Source: a virus
Lineage: Duplodnaviria; Heunggongvirae; Uroviricota; Caudoviricetes
Length of the DNA: 64,000 bases
IMG/VR virus record: IMGVR_UViG_3300031414_000001
Location: 112,437-176,436 of that record
Strand: one strand, 5' to 3'
This document shows, piece after piece, positions 51,288-61,144 of the stretch (position 1 is the first letter of the stretch; the number at the start of each line of letters is the position of its first letter). A program made the translations under genes and the position numbers. Under the pieces are notes generated by a model. It had not been told where the DNA came from. It did not search any database and was given only the letters and a program-made list of their open reading frames with translations.

Positions 51288-53942
51288 TTAAGATGTTAAA
51301 CTGTTTTCCAAACGGATTGGAATATAGATGAAGTTAATTGAACGAGTTGGTACAAGTGCAATATCCATCCACAATTCATTCGCATCAATACGTGAAGTAG
51401 TGTTGTTTGATTCGTCACAAACTACTAGGAAGTCGTATAGACCGTTTAGTTGAACAATCTCAGCTAGGAAACTGTTAACTACAGAAGTAAACTCTTGACG
51501 AGTACTTGCTGTGTTCAAACGGAATAGGAACGGTTCAGCCAAAATAGCTAGTTGTGTACGAATATAAACTACTAGACGAGCAACGTTTACACGGCTTAGT
51601 GCAGAAGTATCTTCAGCAGCTAGAGTTTTATCTCCGTATACTAGTAATCCACGGTTCGGACGCATAGCGATTGGGTTAATCTTGTTAACGTACATGGTAT
51701 CACGTTGACCTTGGTTATATACTACTGGAGCATATTCACCTTCGTCATTGATATAACCAATACTTGCTGCGTTACTTACAACACCACGTGAAGTACCTGC
51801 TGGTGGATACCATACATAACTTACGCTATCGCTATAAGCATAGGTACGCATCGCAATAGTACTACCTGGTACTGCTACTTCAGATCCATCAACGTTAGTT
51901 CCAAGACCCCAGCCCATATATTGAGCAGCGTAAGAGTAAGCAGTTACACGACCAACTTCACTGTTAGATGCTGCGTTGTTAGCGTTAGTAGCCCAAGCTT
52001 GAACGTCAGTAGCATTTGGTGCTAGACGTGCTGGAACATCGGTAACAATGAAAGCAGTTTCTTTACGGTCAGTGTTTAGAGTTACTAGTTCATCTAGAAG
52101 TTCTACATAACCAGGAACACACATTAGGTTGAACTGAATACTTTCAGCACGAATGTCTTCGTTAGAAACAACAACAGATGCTAGAGCTTCAACAATGATA
52201 TTACGTTGAGCAGCACGACCAAATAGGCCAGCACCGTTTAGAGCAACACCACTAGCTACAGTCCAAACACCATTAGTCATAACTTTAACAACACCTTCAG
52301 TAGTACCTAAGTCTACAGCAAGCATTCCGTTTTGATACAATTCAGCAGCAGGAACATCACCAGTAGTGAAGTCATCGAAGATCATACCATTTAGAGTACT
52401 TTGGTCAGTGTCATCTAGTTTAACCCATGTACCACTTACGTTACGATAGAATACATATCCGTCGATACCTTGTGATAGTGGTTGTACCCAAAAATCACGA
52501 TCCGCAGCAGGTTCATCAAGTTGAACGTACATATTGGTTTCAGGATCAACTGCATCCCATGTATTAGTACTAACGTTAGCAACATATAGACCCACAGTTA
52601 AGGAATCAGAGTTACTGAAGTTATACCAGTAAGTACCATTTGCTGCTTGAGCAGTAGGAGTACTAGCAGAAACACGTAGGTTGTTGTTATTAACTTGTGA
52701 GTAGTTACTAGAATCTACAGTTAATTTTGCCAAATCATTAGTGTTAAAGATTTGTTGTCCAGTACTAGTAGTTTGGAAACTATAACCGTTTTTGTTTGTT
52801 ACAACAAGAGCGTTAGTACCAGTGAAAGTGAATCCAGCATTGATTAGATCAGCACTTTGGTTCAAGTTCGCGATTAGTGTAGCAGTGTTAATTACTTCAC
52901 CAGAATTTACCGCAACAACAGTGAAAGACTTATTCAAGAATTTGATGGTTAGAGAACCAGCAGCAGAAGCTACTTGACTTGAAGATTGTCCAATTGGTGT
53001 TGCTGGAGCACTAATAGATGCGATAGAACCAGCTTTGGTATAAAGAGTGAAACTCTTACTATCTTCATCAAATAGAGCACCGAAATAAGTATTGTCGAAA
53101 GTAGCAGATTTTGCTTCAATTTCATAGAAACTGTTACCTGTCCAAACATTAACTTCAGTCCAAACGGATGTTAGAGAAGCGAAACGCTTAACAACAAAAC
53201 GTGTACCAAAGTAGTTAGAACCATTCTTAGTATAACCGTCACGAATCCAGATATTTCCTTTTTCTACTGTTACACCAGTTGGTACTTTGTTGATTGGAGA
53301 CAAGTAAGTTTCAACTTGAACTAGACCAGCCGCTTCGTACTTGTACATTAGCATTTGTCCATTCGATGGGTTATGGCGTAGTACTAAATCGTCTACATTC
53401 AAACCTGAAGTATCAACATCATCAATGTCTGCTTCGCTCACGATAGTAACAGTTTTAACTGTCCAATCGTAGAAACTTTGTGGGTTGTTTTTAGAAGCAA
53501 CGTATGCTTCAATTTGGGTCGCACTAGTATCTAGCCATAGTGTACCATTGGATACTGGACCAGTAGGAGCAGTTGCCGCAGGTGCTAGTTGTGCTAGGTC
53601 AATATCAGCACGAACAACATAAGCTCGGTTTGCGATACCCATGTAGCTGTATAATGCATGAAGACCATATTCGTTTAGTTCATCGCCTTGAACTACAGAT
53701 CCGTTACTTGATTGAAAAATAGGTGATCCGTAAGTTTCAAGAGCATTTCTTTGCGATGTAATAAGTTGTAGTGAACCAGCGTTCGCTTTAGTTGTACCTG
53801 TAGCCACAGAAGTACTGCCTGTCACAAGTTTATCTTGTGCTGTCGCAATGACAAACAAAGGCACTGTTCCGTTACCACTAGTAGCACTAATAGTCTCGTC
53901 GGTAACTGTTACACTTACACCAGGTGATAGTAAATCAGCCAT
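51288..53942 (-). CDS. Tail sheath protein (gp18-like)
   Basis: LLSPGVSV, WYPPAG..RG, RDTMY.NKINPI, YGDKTL, ALSRVNVARL, VVCDESNNT. Confidence 0.95.
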   Translation of the reverse strand: MADLLSPGVSVTVTDETISATSGNGTVPLFVIATAQDKLVTGSTSVATGTTKANAGSLQLITSQRNALETYGSPIFQSSNGSVVQGDELNEYGLHALYSYMGIANRAYVVRADIDLAQLAPAATAPTGPVSNGTLWLDTSATQIEAYVASKNNPQSFYDWTVKTVTIVSEADIDDVDTSGLNVDDLVLRHNPSNGQMLMYKYEAAGLVQVETYLSPINKVPTGVTVEKGNIWIRDGYTKNGSNYFGTRFVVKRFASLTSVWTEVNVWTGNSFYEIEAKSATFDNTYFGALFDEDSKSFTLYTKAGSIASISAPATPIGQSSSQVASAAGSLTIKFLNKSFTVVAVNSGEVINTATLIANLNQSADLINAGFTFTGTNALVVTNKNGYSFQTTSTGQQIFNTNDLAKLTVDSSNYSQVNNNNLRVSASTPTAQAANGTYWYNFSNSDSLTVGLYVANVSTNTWDAVDPETNMYVQLDEPAADRDFWVQPLSQGIDGYVFYRNVSGTWVKLDDTDQSTLNGMIFDDFTTGDVPAAELYQNGMLAVDLGTTEGVVKVMTNGVWTVASGVALNGAGLFGRAAQRNIIVEALASVVVSNEDIRAESIQFNLMCVPGYVELLDELVTLNTDRKETAFIVTDVPARLAPNATDVQAWATNANNAASNSEVGRVTAYSYAAQYMGWGLGTNVDGSEVAVPGSTIAMRTYAYSDSVSYVWYPPAGTSRGVVSNAASIGYINDEGEYAPVVYNQGQRDTMYVNKINPIAMRPNRGLLVYGDKTLAAEDTSALSRVNVARLVVYIRTQLAILAEPFLFRLNTASTRQEFTSVVNSFLAEIVQLNGLYDFLVVCDESNNTTSRIDANELWMDIALVPTRSINFIYIPIRLENSLTS

Positions 53943-53988
53943 TTAATCCTCCAAAAATTTTGGGTTTATTCGAATATTCGTATAATGT

Positions 53989-53995
53989 TATTTAT
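53989..53995 (-). promoter_or_regulatory. T4-like late promoter
   Basis: ATAAATA upstream of the sheath gene. Confidence 0.65.
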
Positions 53996-54028
53996 TCGAG
54001 GATTAAATCTTATGTGGCTAAAGTAACG

Positions 54029-54670
54029 TTACTTGATGATATTACTTAGTATGGTGTACGCTTGTGAATGTAAAGAGTCAATAGTACTGTTATTCTCTAC
54101 AATATAATCAGGACGGTTAATACCAACCCAGCCATATTCAGATGAATGGACATTACTCATAGAATCTGGTATAACAATACCTTCTTCAACTTCTTTGGAA
54201 ATATTGTATTTGTAAGCATCCCAATACCAATCTGGCAGTACTCTTTGTACTTCAATAATAGTACCAGAATTTTCACGAATCATCTTTAATTCATTTGGAA
54301 AACGACAGTCAGTGATAATTACTCTGTCATGTGGAAGATTACGAATCTTATTTTCTGCTGCGAACACCCAAATATTATCATGGAAGTGTTTACGAAGAAC
54401 ATCAGTACCGAGATTTTGAAGTACCCAGCGTGGAGTTACATCTTTACCCAATTTACTTGACCAGTACTCGTCAGGTTGTTCACGAATTTTACGTGCTTCA
54501 TCAGTTGTACCTTCCAGCATTTCACGATCCCAACCAAAAATAGCTGCTACAGCATCTTTCAGTGTTTCAGCAAATGAAATACGATAAAAACCGTTGTCGA
54601 TAAACACTTGAGAAAATGTGTCTTTACCTGAACCAATAGTTCCATTAATTGCTACTAATTTACGTTCCAT
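54029..54670 (-). CDS. Deoxynucleoside monophosphate kinase (gp1-like)
   Basis: GTIGSGKDT, SFAETLKD, TPRWVLQNLGTD, ITDCRFPNE, HSSE. Confidence 0.92.
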   Translation of the reverse strand: MERKLVAINGTIGSGKDTFSQVFIDNGFYRISFAETLKDAVAAIFGWDREMLEGTTDEARKIREQPDEYWSSKLGKDVTPRWVLQNLGTDVLRKHFHDNIWVFAAENKIRNLPHDRVIITDCRFPNELKMIRENSGTIIEVQRVLPDWYWDAYKYNISKEVEEGIVIPDSMSNVHSSEYGWVGINRPDYIVENNSTIDSLHSQAYTILSNIIK

Positions 54671-54705
54671 GTTTCTGTTTCCTTTAAACGAAAAAAGGAA
54701 GAACC

Positions 54706-54960
54706 TTATTCAGATTCTTCCAGGAGTTCCCAATCATATTCATAAAATTGGATTAAAAATAATGCTTCAGCCCAATCAGGAAAGCATACTAAAGCATAAT
54801 ATAATGGTATGCCACCAACTATATCTTCTTTTATTTCAAACGTACCAGTGCCGTTTTCATCAGCAATGTTTTCCATGAATTTCAGTACTTTGTTACTGAA
54901 TTCACCGGATTCACCACTATACAAAAATTCATCTGTACCCATAAAAGCTTCATAACGCAT
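54706..54960 (-). CDS. Hypothetical protein
   Basis: Short ORF downstream of TATAAATA (54991-54998). Confidence 0.5.
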   Translation of the reverse strand: MRYEAFMGTDEFLYSGESGEFSNKVLKFMENIADENGTGTFEIKEDIVGGIPLYYALVCFPDWAEALFLIQFYEYDWELLEESE

Positions 54961-54998
54961 AATATCACCATATCGTTTCCAATTATGGTGTATTTATA

Positions 54999-55784
54999 TT
55001 AGCCAATAATGAAGCCTAGAGGTGTACTACCATCTTCATACTTACGTAGACGGTCACGAAGTTCTTGTTGCATACGAATTGCGTTTTGTAGCAAGTCAGC
55101 ACCATCCATCGAGAATGAACCTTGTGGACCAGGAAGCGTTGCGAATTTAGAACGATAACGACCTAAAATCATCATTGCTTCTGATAAAGCCCAATCACGC
55201 AACCACGGATAAGTACTTTGAGTTTTGAATAGAATTGGTTCTGGTTTGTTGTGGTATACGTGTAGAAGTACTTCTTCTTCACCACGAATATCACGTTCTA
55301 GTGTTAGTTTCTTAGTAACGGAGTTCCATAGGAACATGATTTCACGCCCAAATAGACGACCGACTGTTTCATCAAATTGATGATATAAGTCATAAGTCAA
55401 TAGACCGCCACCAGTACTACCACGTACTGCACTTAATAGATATGTATTACTGTACGCCAATGAGAATGGGTCAACTGTTGCTCCTGAACCGGAAACAACC
55501 CCATTACCACGACGATAAATTCTACGAACAATTTCAACCTCAGTAGGTAGTTCATAAACAGAATCAGACTCATAGAACTTCATATGTAGGAAAGCTTCTT
55601 CTTTAGAAGCAGCAGCCCAAGCACGATAATTAGCTACAGCATTATCAATGCATAATTCAAGTTGTTCATCAGTCAATTCTACTTCAATAGAACCAGCACC
55701 AAGCATTACAGTAATAACACGTTTCATTTCTTCACGATGATCGTATTGTGGAGAATCTGGATTCCCGCCGTAATTATAAGACAT
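54999..55784 (-). CDS. Neck protein (gp13-like)
   Basis: 'LGAGSIEVELTDEQLELCIDNA...WLRDWALS..M.ILG..RSKF..LPGPQG...DG' gp13 pattern. Confidence 0.85.
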   Translation of the reverse strand: MSYNYGGNPDSPQYDHREEMKRVITVMLGAGSIEVELTDEQLELCIDNAVANYRAWAAASKEEAFLHMKFYESDSVYELPTEVEIVRRIYRRGNGVVSGSGATVDPFSLAYSNTYLLSAVRGSTGGGLLTYDLYHQFDETVGRLFGREIMFLWNSVTKKLTLERDIRGEEEVLLHVYHNKPEPILFKTQSTYPWLRDWALSEAMMILGRYRSKFATLPGPQGSFSMDGADLLQNAIRMQQELRDRLRKYEDGSTPLGFIIG

Positions 55785-55832
55785 AAAAATACCCCTAAAC
55801 ATGTGTATATAACATATTTAGGGGTTCTAGCT

Positions 55833-56195
55833 TTAAATGCGGCGACAGTTCTGAGTGAAATACCGTAAACGTTCTGCGTCAAATGGTCCGATTACCATAA
55901 TCATAGATTGTGAGTCTTCATCAATAAAGTTGATTGGAGCACCTTCTAAGTTACAGTGGAATTCAATTTCAGATAGCATATCAGATTCTGAAGCAACATA
56001 CAAATGTTGTTCATAGCCATGTTCTACCCATTCAGCGAAGTCTTTCTTGAACAGCTTGTGTTCAGTATCACCTACGTATTGAGTACGAGTAGGGTCGAAC
56101 TGGTTCATAATTTCCATACCAGCACGTACTGACAGTTTAACTAAATCCATTGGTGATTGCCCTTCGACAATCACAATTGCTTGATATACACTCAT
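55833..56195 (-). CDS. Pth2 (peptidyl-tRNA hydrolase II)-like protein, degenerate
   Basis: 'QAIVI...W...G...L....L.G..I....MVIGP......T' aligns by eye with Pth2; DAGxT loop absent. Confidence 0.45.
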   Translation of the reverse strand: MSVYQAIVIVEGQSPMDLVKLSVRAGMEIMNQFDPTRTQYVGDTEHKLFKKDFAEWVEHGYEQHLYVASESDMLSEIEFHCNLEGAPINFIDEDSQSMIMVIGPFDAERLRYFTQNCRRI

Positions 56196-56204
56196 GTTTT
56201 ACCG

Positions 56205-56525
56205 TTAGATAATGATTTTGTTGTCTGGAACGATTAGCTTAGGAGCAGACTTATCAGCTTCTAGTGACTCAATCGCACTAATATACGCTGCTGCGATAGA
56301 AGCGGCAGGGTCATTAACAGAAACGATATTGTATTTCATGAAGATAGTATTTTCTTCAGGATCAATGATACCTTCTAGGTAATCACGAATGATCATTTGT
56401 CCTTCTTCATCTAAACCGAACTGACATGGATTGCGAACAACAATCGCATCAGTTACGTCATCCTGGATAGTACCGATGATTGGACCAATACCGTTAATAA
56501 AAATTAGTTTTACATTGCTTGACAT
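56205..56525 (-). CDS. Hypothetical small beta-rich protein
   Basis: ORF with AAGGA SD. Confidence 0.55.
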   Translation of the reverse strand: MSSNVKLIFINGIGPIIGTIQDDVTDAIVVRNPCQFGLDEEGQMIIRDYLEGIIDPEENTIFMKYNIVSVNDPAASIAAAYISAIESLEADKSAPKLIVPDNKIII

Positions 56526-56552
56526 AATACTTCCTTGTATTTGTGTGTGAAC

Positions 56553-57050
56553 TTATTTCAGTTCATAGAGATTCTTTGTTGCGTGTTTTACACGATGGTC
56601 GATTATCTCAGAAATTACATTCCAGCAACCACCACCTAAATCTGAACCGATTTTAGGGAAGTGCATATGAACTTCTTCAATACCCGATACTTGTTTCAGT
56701 ACTTTAGCGGAGTTGTCAAGTTCTAAAAAGATCTTGTCAATCGCATCATAACTGACATATTTAGCCCCGTCACGACCGTAGAATTCTTGGGTGACAGTGT
56801 TACAAATGATAATATCTTGTTCAGCAGCATGATAGATAACAGTACCAACATCTAAGTGGTTATTACCTTCTTCATACGCTACGATATAATCATCATAGGC
56901 ATTAGGAAAACGTTCACGTAGTTCTTTTGCGAAACCAGAACCCATACGCCCCTGAGCATTACAGCCGTGGATGATGTAGTGTACATCAGAATCCCAACGT
57001 TGACCATTGAGTACTAGGTCAAATAAATTTCCTACATGTGTATTAATCAT
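56553..57050 (-). CDS. Macrodomain protein (TARG1/Poa1p/Tk.4-like ADP-ribose hydrolase)
   Basis: GNLF, IIHGCNAQGRMGSGFAK...FP, FPKIGSDLGGGCW. Confidence 0.88.
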   Translation of the reverse strand: MINTHVGNLFDLVLNGQRWDSDVHYIIHGCNAQGRMGSGFAKELRERFPNAYDDYIVAYEEGNNHLDVGTVIYHAAEQDIIICNTVTQEFYGRDGAKYVSYDAIDKIFLELDNSAKVLKQVSGIEEVHMHFPKIGSDLGGGCWNVISEIIDHRVKHATKNLYELK

Positions 57051-57064
57051 AAATGCCTCAATTG

Positions 57065-57091
57065 AAAAAAGGGAACCCGAAGGTTCCCTTT
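57065..57091 (-). terminator. Intrinsic terminator with UUCG loop
   Basis: aagggaacc-ttcg-ggttcccttttt on minus strand. Confidence 0.85.
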
Positions 57092-57094
57092 ACA

Positions 57095-57382
57095 TTATTC
57101 TAATCCGAAACGGATTCGCTTTGTCTCTTTACGATGCTTTCTTGCAATATTACTTTGGTATAGACGTGTTCCACGTTTATTGTCTTTCTCTAAGTACCAT
57201 GTATCTTCCGGTACATCAAAATCACAATATCCGTCTTCTGTAATTGTTCCTAGAAACGCTGATTTCTTAGGAATGCTTATAGTTGATTTAACACTTTCAA
57301 AAATGCCTTTAGCTAATTTTTCACGATAACTGAGCATAATTAATCTCCCAAATTGTAATACGAAGGAATCTGTTTCCTTCAT
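57095..57382 (-). CDS. Hypothetical protein
   Basis: ORF in operon; start uncertain. Confidence 0.45.
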   Translation of the reverse strand: MKETDSFVLQFGRLIMLSYREKLAKGIFESVKSTISIPKKSAFLGTITEDGYCDFDVPEDTWYLEKDNKRGTRLYQSNIARKHRKETKRIRFGLE

Positions 57383-57388
57383 CAGTAT

Positions 57389-57730
57389 TTAGGGCTGATT
57401 GAGTTGCTTATCAATGAATTCAATCACATCCTCCGGTGTACACACCGACAATACTTGCTTGAGAATAGCATCATAATCTTCACTATGTTCGTGATATTTC
57501 TGTACCAAATCCTTACGTTTAATAACGGCTTCTGGTTCTGGTAAAGCAGGAGTATATTCAACACCTAAACTCTCTGCTAGTTCTTTTACTTTCTGTAGAC
57601 GTGCTGCGTGACGATCTTGCATGTCACGTATATTACGTTCACCTAAAGTAAAATGAGACATATTAACTTTATAACGGGTATCTTCATCTAAGATATATGC
57701 GTTAATTGAAGTGGAATCCTCGCGTTTCAT
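57389..57730 (-). CDS. Hypothetical protein
   Basis: ORF coupled to the YqeY-like gene. Confidence 0.55.
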   Translation of the reverse strand: MKREDSTSINAYILDEDTRYKVNMSHFTLGERNIRDMQDRHAARLQKVKELAESLGVEYTPALPEPEAVIKRKDLVQKYHEHSEDYDAILKQVLSVCTPEDVIEFIDKQLNQP

Positions 57731-57731
57731 C

Positions 57732-58145
57732 TTAAGCTCCTAACTGGCTGAATAGAGTATTTGCGTCTTTACCATTATACTGACCGTCATAGTTAGCTTT
57801 CAGGTAAGGGAACATGTTTTTCTTTTCTGCCATAGCTGGATCAGCGGCGATTGCGGCTTGCATGATAGCAAGTAGTTCGTCATTGGATAGTTGCTTAGGA
57901 AGGAGATCGACCAGGAGAACTTTTTCAGCTTCCAGATCTGGTTGTTCAGTTTTTGCTACTGCTAAGGTTTCGTTTACACTTTCAAGTAGTTTCTTGATGA
58001 TCTGAATTACATCCGTATCCGCTACATCTTGAGAGGTAGTTTTACGTTGTACTTCAGCAATGATAACACCGAAAAGGTTATATTTAACTCGGTTTTGACC
58101 GAGAGATTGTTGACGTTCCGTTTGAATGGTCTGATAAAGACTCAT
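57732..58145 (-). CDS. GatB/YqeY-domain protein
   Basis: 'D.DVIQIIKK...E...L..LLPKQLSNDEL...M..LK..Y.GQYNGK' YqeY pattern. Confidence 0.8.
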   Translation of the reverse strand: MSLYQTIQTERQQSLGQNRVKYNLFGVIIAEVQRKTTSQDVADTDVIQIIKKLLESVNETLAVAKTEQPDLEAEKVLLVDLLPKQLSNDELLAIMQAAIAADPAMAEKKNMFPYLKANYDGQYNGKDANTLFSQLGA

Positions 58146-58146
58146 G

Positions 58147-58383
58147 TTATTCTCCTTTTAGAAAAGCTTCAAACTTATCACATCCTCCAATGTACTGTTC
58201 ATCTACGAAAATTTGCGGTACTGTCCGTACTGGAGTACCAACCACTTCTGCTAAATCAGCAGCACTTAGACCTTGTGCTTCAATATCTATAAATTCTAAT
58301 TCAAACCCATTCATCTCGCAAATGAGTTTCGCACGATCACAAAATTTACATCCTTGTGCTCGACCATACATTTTTACATTCAT
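58147..58383 (-). CDS. Glutaredoxin
   Basis: CKFC, TVPQIF, YIGGCD. Confidence 0.95.
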   Translation of the reverse strand: MNVKMYGRAQGCKFCDRAKLICEMNGFELEFIDIEAQGLSAADLAEVVGTPVRTVPQIFVDEQYIGGCDKFEAFLKGE

Positions 58384-58401
58384 AATATTCCCTTATTATG
58401 C

Positions 58402-58839
58402 TTATTTCTTAATACTACTATTTTCCATGAATTGTGTGACAGCCTTTATAATACTATTACACATACGTTCAGTCAGATAGTTCTGACAATCTTCTACGTC
58501 AATATATTTAAACCTATCTAATTCAGGCTTTTCTTGACCGTGACGATTCGTATATGTACTAAGGCATTCCAACTCAGAAACCTCTGGTTTCTCCATCGCA
58601 GTGTAGAAGAATAGTACTAAACGCTTCCCTTTGCGATAGGCAACTTCACCTATCAACAAAAGGTCGTCTTCGGATATTTCATATCCGGTTTCTTCATAAC
58701 ATTCTCGTACTGCTGCTTCCTTGTAGGTTTCACCTTCTTCGGTTTTGCCTTTAGGAAGATCCCAATGAGATTGTCCAGTTGTATGACCTATAAGTATCTG
58801 ACCGTCGCGGTAAAAAATTATTCCACATGTATAACGCAT
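58402..58839 (-). CDS. NUDIX hydrolase
   Basis: WDLPKGKTEEGETYKEAAVRECYEETG. Confidence 0.92.
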   Translation of the reverse strand: MRYTCGIIFYRDGQILIGHTTGQSHWDLPKGKTEEGETYKEAAVRECYEETGYEISEDDLLLIGEVAYRKGKRLVLFFYTAMEKPEVSELECLSTYTNRHGQEKPELDRFKYIDVEDCQNYLTERMCNSIIKAVTQFMENSSIKK

Positions 58840-58872
58840 ATGAATTTCCTACTAAAATTATCAGATACCTAT

Positions 58873-58902
58873 AGTATACCACAATTTTTGACACCGTTTC
58901 AA
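58873..58902 (-). promoter_or_regulatory. Sigma70-like early/middle promoter
   Basis: TTGAAA-18 nt-TATACT with TGTGG extended -10. Confidence 0.7.
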
Positions 58903-58904
58903 AA

Positions 58905-60020
58905 TTATGCGAACATCTTTTTGATTTCAGTGGTTTGGATACCCTTCACGTGATTACGAATATCCTTAGCTTCAAGTTTACCAGTTTTAACCATTTCTTC
59001 AATGTCGCCAACTGGAGCATCTGTAAAGCGATCAAACACCTTCACAATAAGGTCTTCGAGTTCATTATCCATCTCACGACGAATTAAGAAGTACTCGGTT
59101 ACTTTGTAAAGGAATTCTTCACCACCGTTATTTTTGATGTTCATAGTACTGAACAGTTCTACCATTTCTTCCGGTTTCTTTTTACGGAATTTCAGCAGAC
59201 TTTCAGTATGTGCTTTAATGAAGTTACTGAACTTCACAAAGCGGGCTGGTAGTTTAATACCACCAACAACATAATCTTTATTTGGAGTTAACTTAGAAAG
59301 AATAACAGTCCAAATAAATTCGTCACGGTGAGAATCTGAGCTTGTATTTACGATTTGATCAATCAGTTCCAGTTCTTTTTGAGTCGCCTCAAATCCTGGC
59401 AGCAGAATGCTCAAAGCACCAATATCTTTCAAGTACTTCAGGAAGATACTTGGTTTCGCTTCACTGAATGCTTTCTCGAACTCGACATACACACGCTCTT
59501 TGGTCAGATGATTGATTTCACCATCTTTAACCATTTTGCGTACCATATCATCAGTACTTTTATGTACCGTGAAATCAGCATAGCGAGCCTTGAAACGTGC
59601 CAAACGCAGTACACGCAGTGGATCTTCTTTGAATGCGTCAGATACATGACGCAGTACTTTGTTCTGAAGATCTTCTTTACCTTTGTATGGGTCAACATGG
59701 GTTTTAGTACCAATGTCCCAGGCAATGGCGTTAATGGTCAGATCGCGACGGAACAGATCTTGTTCCAGAGTTACACCTTGTGTTTCAACGGTGAAACCAT
59801 CGTAACCAGTACCAGTTTTACGCTCAATACGAGCTAAAGCGTATTCATCACCATCTGGTGACAGGAATACAGGGAAGTCAGCACCGACTTGTTTGTAACC
59901 TTGACCTTTCAGGTATTCAATGTCTTTCGGTTTAGCACCGACCAGTACATAATCCTTGTCTTTAGGTTGAAGACCCAGGATCTTATCACGAACAAAGCCA
60001 CCTACGATATACTTTTTCAT
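58905..60020 (-). CDS. cca: CCA-adding tRNA nucleotidyltransferase (class II, no HD domain)
   Basis: VGGFVRD, DKDYV, EYALARIERK, EQDLFRRDLTINA, EDPLRVLRLARF, ERV. Confidence 0.93.
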   Translation of the reverse strand: MKKYIVGGFVRDKILGLQPKDKDYVLVGAKPKDIEYLKGQGYKQVGADFPVFLSPDGDEYALARIERKTGTGYDGFTVETQGVTLEQDLFRRDLTINAIAWDIGTKTHVDPYKGKEDLQNKVLRHVSDAFKEDPLRVLRLARFKARYADFTVHKSTDDMVRKMVKDGEINHLTKERVYVEFEKAFSEAKPSIFLKYLKDIGALSILLPGFEATQKELELIDQIVNTSSDSHRDEFIWTVILSKLTPNKDYVVGGIKLPARFVKFSNFIKAHTESLLKFRKKKPEEMVELFSTMNIKNNGGEEFLYKVTEYFLIRREMDNELEDLIVKVFDRFTDAPVGDIEEMVKTGKLEAKDIRNHVKGIQTTEIKKMFA

Positions 60021-60031
60021 TTGTAATCCTC

Positions 60032-60388
60032 TTATTCCATACAGAATCCACCACCACGTGACGGCCTACCAATAGTCCGAGATTTCGGAGGTTCGGGCGG
60101 TTTAGGTGGAGGGGGTATTTGTTTTTTCAAATCATTATTAATTAAACCAAACCAGAACGGTTCTTCTTCTTTTACGAAGTCTGGTTGTTTACGATAACCT
60201 TTTAAGAACAGATCATCTTTAAACATTTCCTTCAAAATACGATGACTTTGGGTATTATCCTTTTTATCATATATTGAATGAAACAATGGTCGTTGAAGAA
60301 TGTAAACATTCCCCTTGTACTCAACTTCATAATGACATTTATCTGCGATATGTGTCACTTTCATATCAAGTAAGTGTATAGCCATCAT
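60032..60388 (-). CDS. Hypothetical protein with Pro-rich tail
   Basis: ORF with AAGGTG SD. Confidence 0.55.
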   Translation of the reverse strand: MMAIHLLDMKVTHIADKCHYEVEYKGNVYILQRPLFHSIYDKKDNTQSHRILKEMFKDDLFLKGYRKQPDFVKEEEPFWFGLINNDLKKQIPPPPKPPEPPKSRTIGRPSRGGGFCME

Positions 60389-60396
60389 ATCACCTT

Positions 60397-60621
60397 TTAG
60401 TCCAGAGGTACAGTCCTATTTTTGGTTTTGCGAATAATGTCGATGTTGATCAATTCTCCCCAAAAAGTACCGTCACACTGAGATGGTGGAGTATAATTTT
60501 GTAAACGTTCCACATGAGAACGCATCGCCTGTTCAATTCGATCAGTACTAGGCCAGCCAAGCCCCCAATCTTCTTCGAGCATTACTGGAACTGCCCCTGA
60601 ATCATCAAAGAATATACTCAT
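60397..60621 (-). CDS. Hypothetical protein
   Basis: ATGA overlap with the upstream stop; GGAGG SD. Confidence 0.55.
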   Translation of the reverse strand: MSIFFDDSGAVPVMLEEDWGLGWPSTDRIEQAMRSHVERLQNYTPPSQCDGTFWGELINIDIIRKTKNRTVPLD

Positions 60622-61055
60622 TTCAGAATATCCTCCACAATCAAAGCACCCCAAAATGTAATACCTAGTTTACCAATTATCACACGAGAACGTTCTTTCT
60701 TTTGAACTTCAAACGCATCGCGTTTTGCTTCAAATTGATTTTGTTTACGCTTTTTCAAACGTTCAGTTAATGAATCAACATCAGTACCGAAATATTCTTC
60801 ATACATTGCCATTTCAGATTTCTCCATTTGACCGGATCGTGCTAATTTGTGAAGAAATTCACGATATACTTGTTCTGGAGGATATGTTATTTCCATATAA
60901 TTACACATTGTACGAAACTGATGTGCTTCATCTATGAACCGAAATCGTTTCCTGATTTTCATCAAAGTAACGCTACATATCCAACGAGTACTAGAAGCAT
61001 ATGGATCATAATCGAACTGTATTTCCATATCATGGATATAAAAATTTTCTGACAT
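60618..61055 (-). CDS. Hypothetical protein
   Basis: GGAG SD; promoter at 61109-61137. Confidence 0.55.
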   Translation of the reverse strand: MSENFYIHDMEIQFDYDPYASSTRWICSVTLMKIRKRFRFIDEAHQFRTMCNYMEITYPPEQVYREFLHKLARSGQMEKSEMAMYEEYFGTDVDSLTERLKKRKQNQFEAKRDAFEVQKKERSRVIIGKLGITFWGALIVEDILK

Positions 61056-61074
61056 ATTTTCTCCCACTTAAAAT

Positions 61075-61107
61075 GAAAAAAGGACAGAGCATTTCTGCCT
61101 GTCCTTA
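61075..61107 (-). terminator. Intrinsic terminator
   Basis: aaggacag...ctgtcctttttt on minus strand. Confidence 0.7.
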
Positions 61108-61108
61108 T

Positions 61109-61137
61109 AATGTAGCACGTTATTACGTTTCTGTCAA
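61109..61137 (-). promoter_or_regulatory. Sigma70 promoter
   Basis: TTGACA-17 nt-TACATT. Confidence 0.65.
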
Positions 61138-61144
61138 GGAGATT

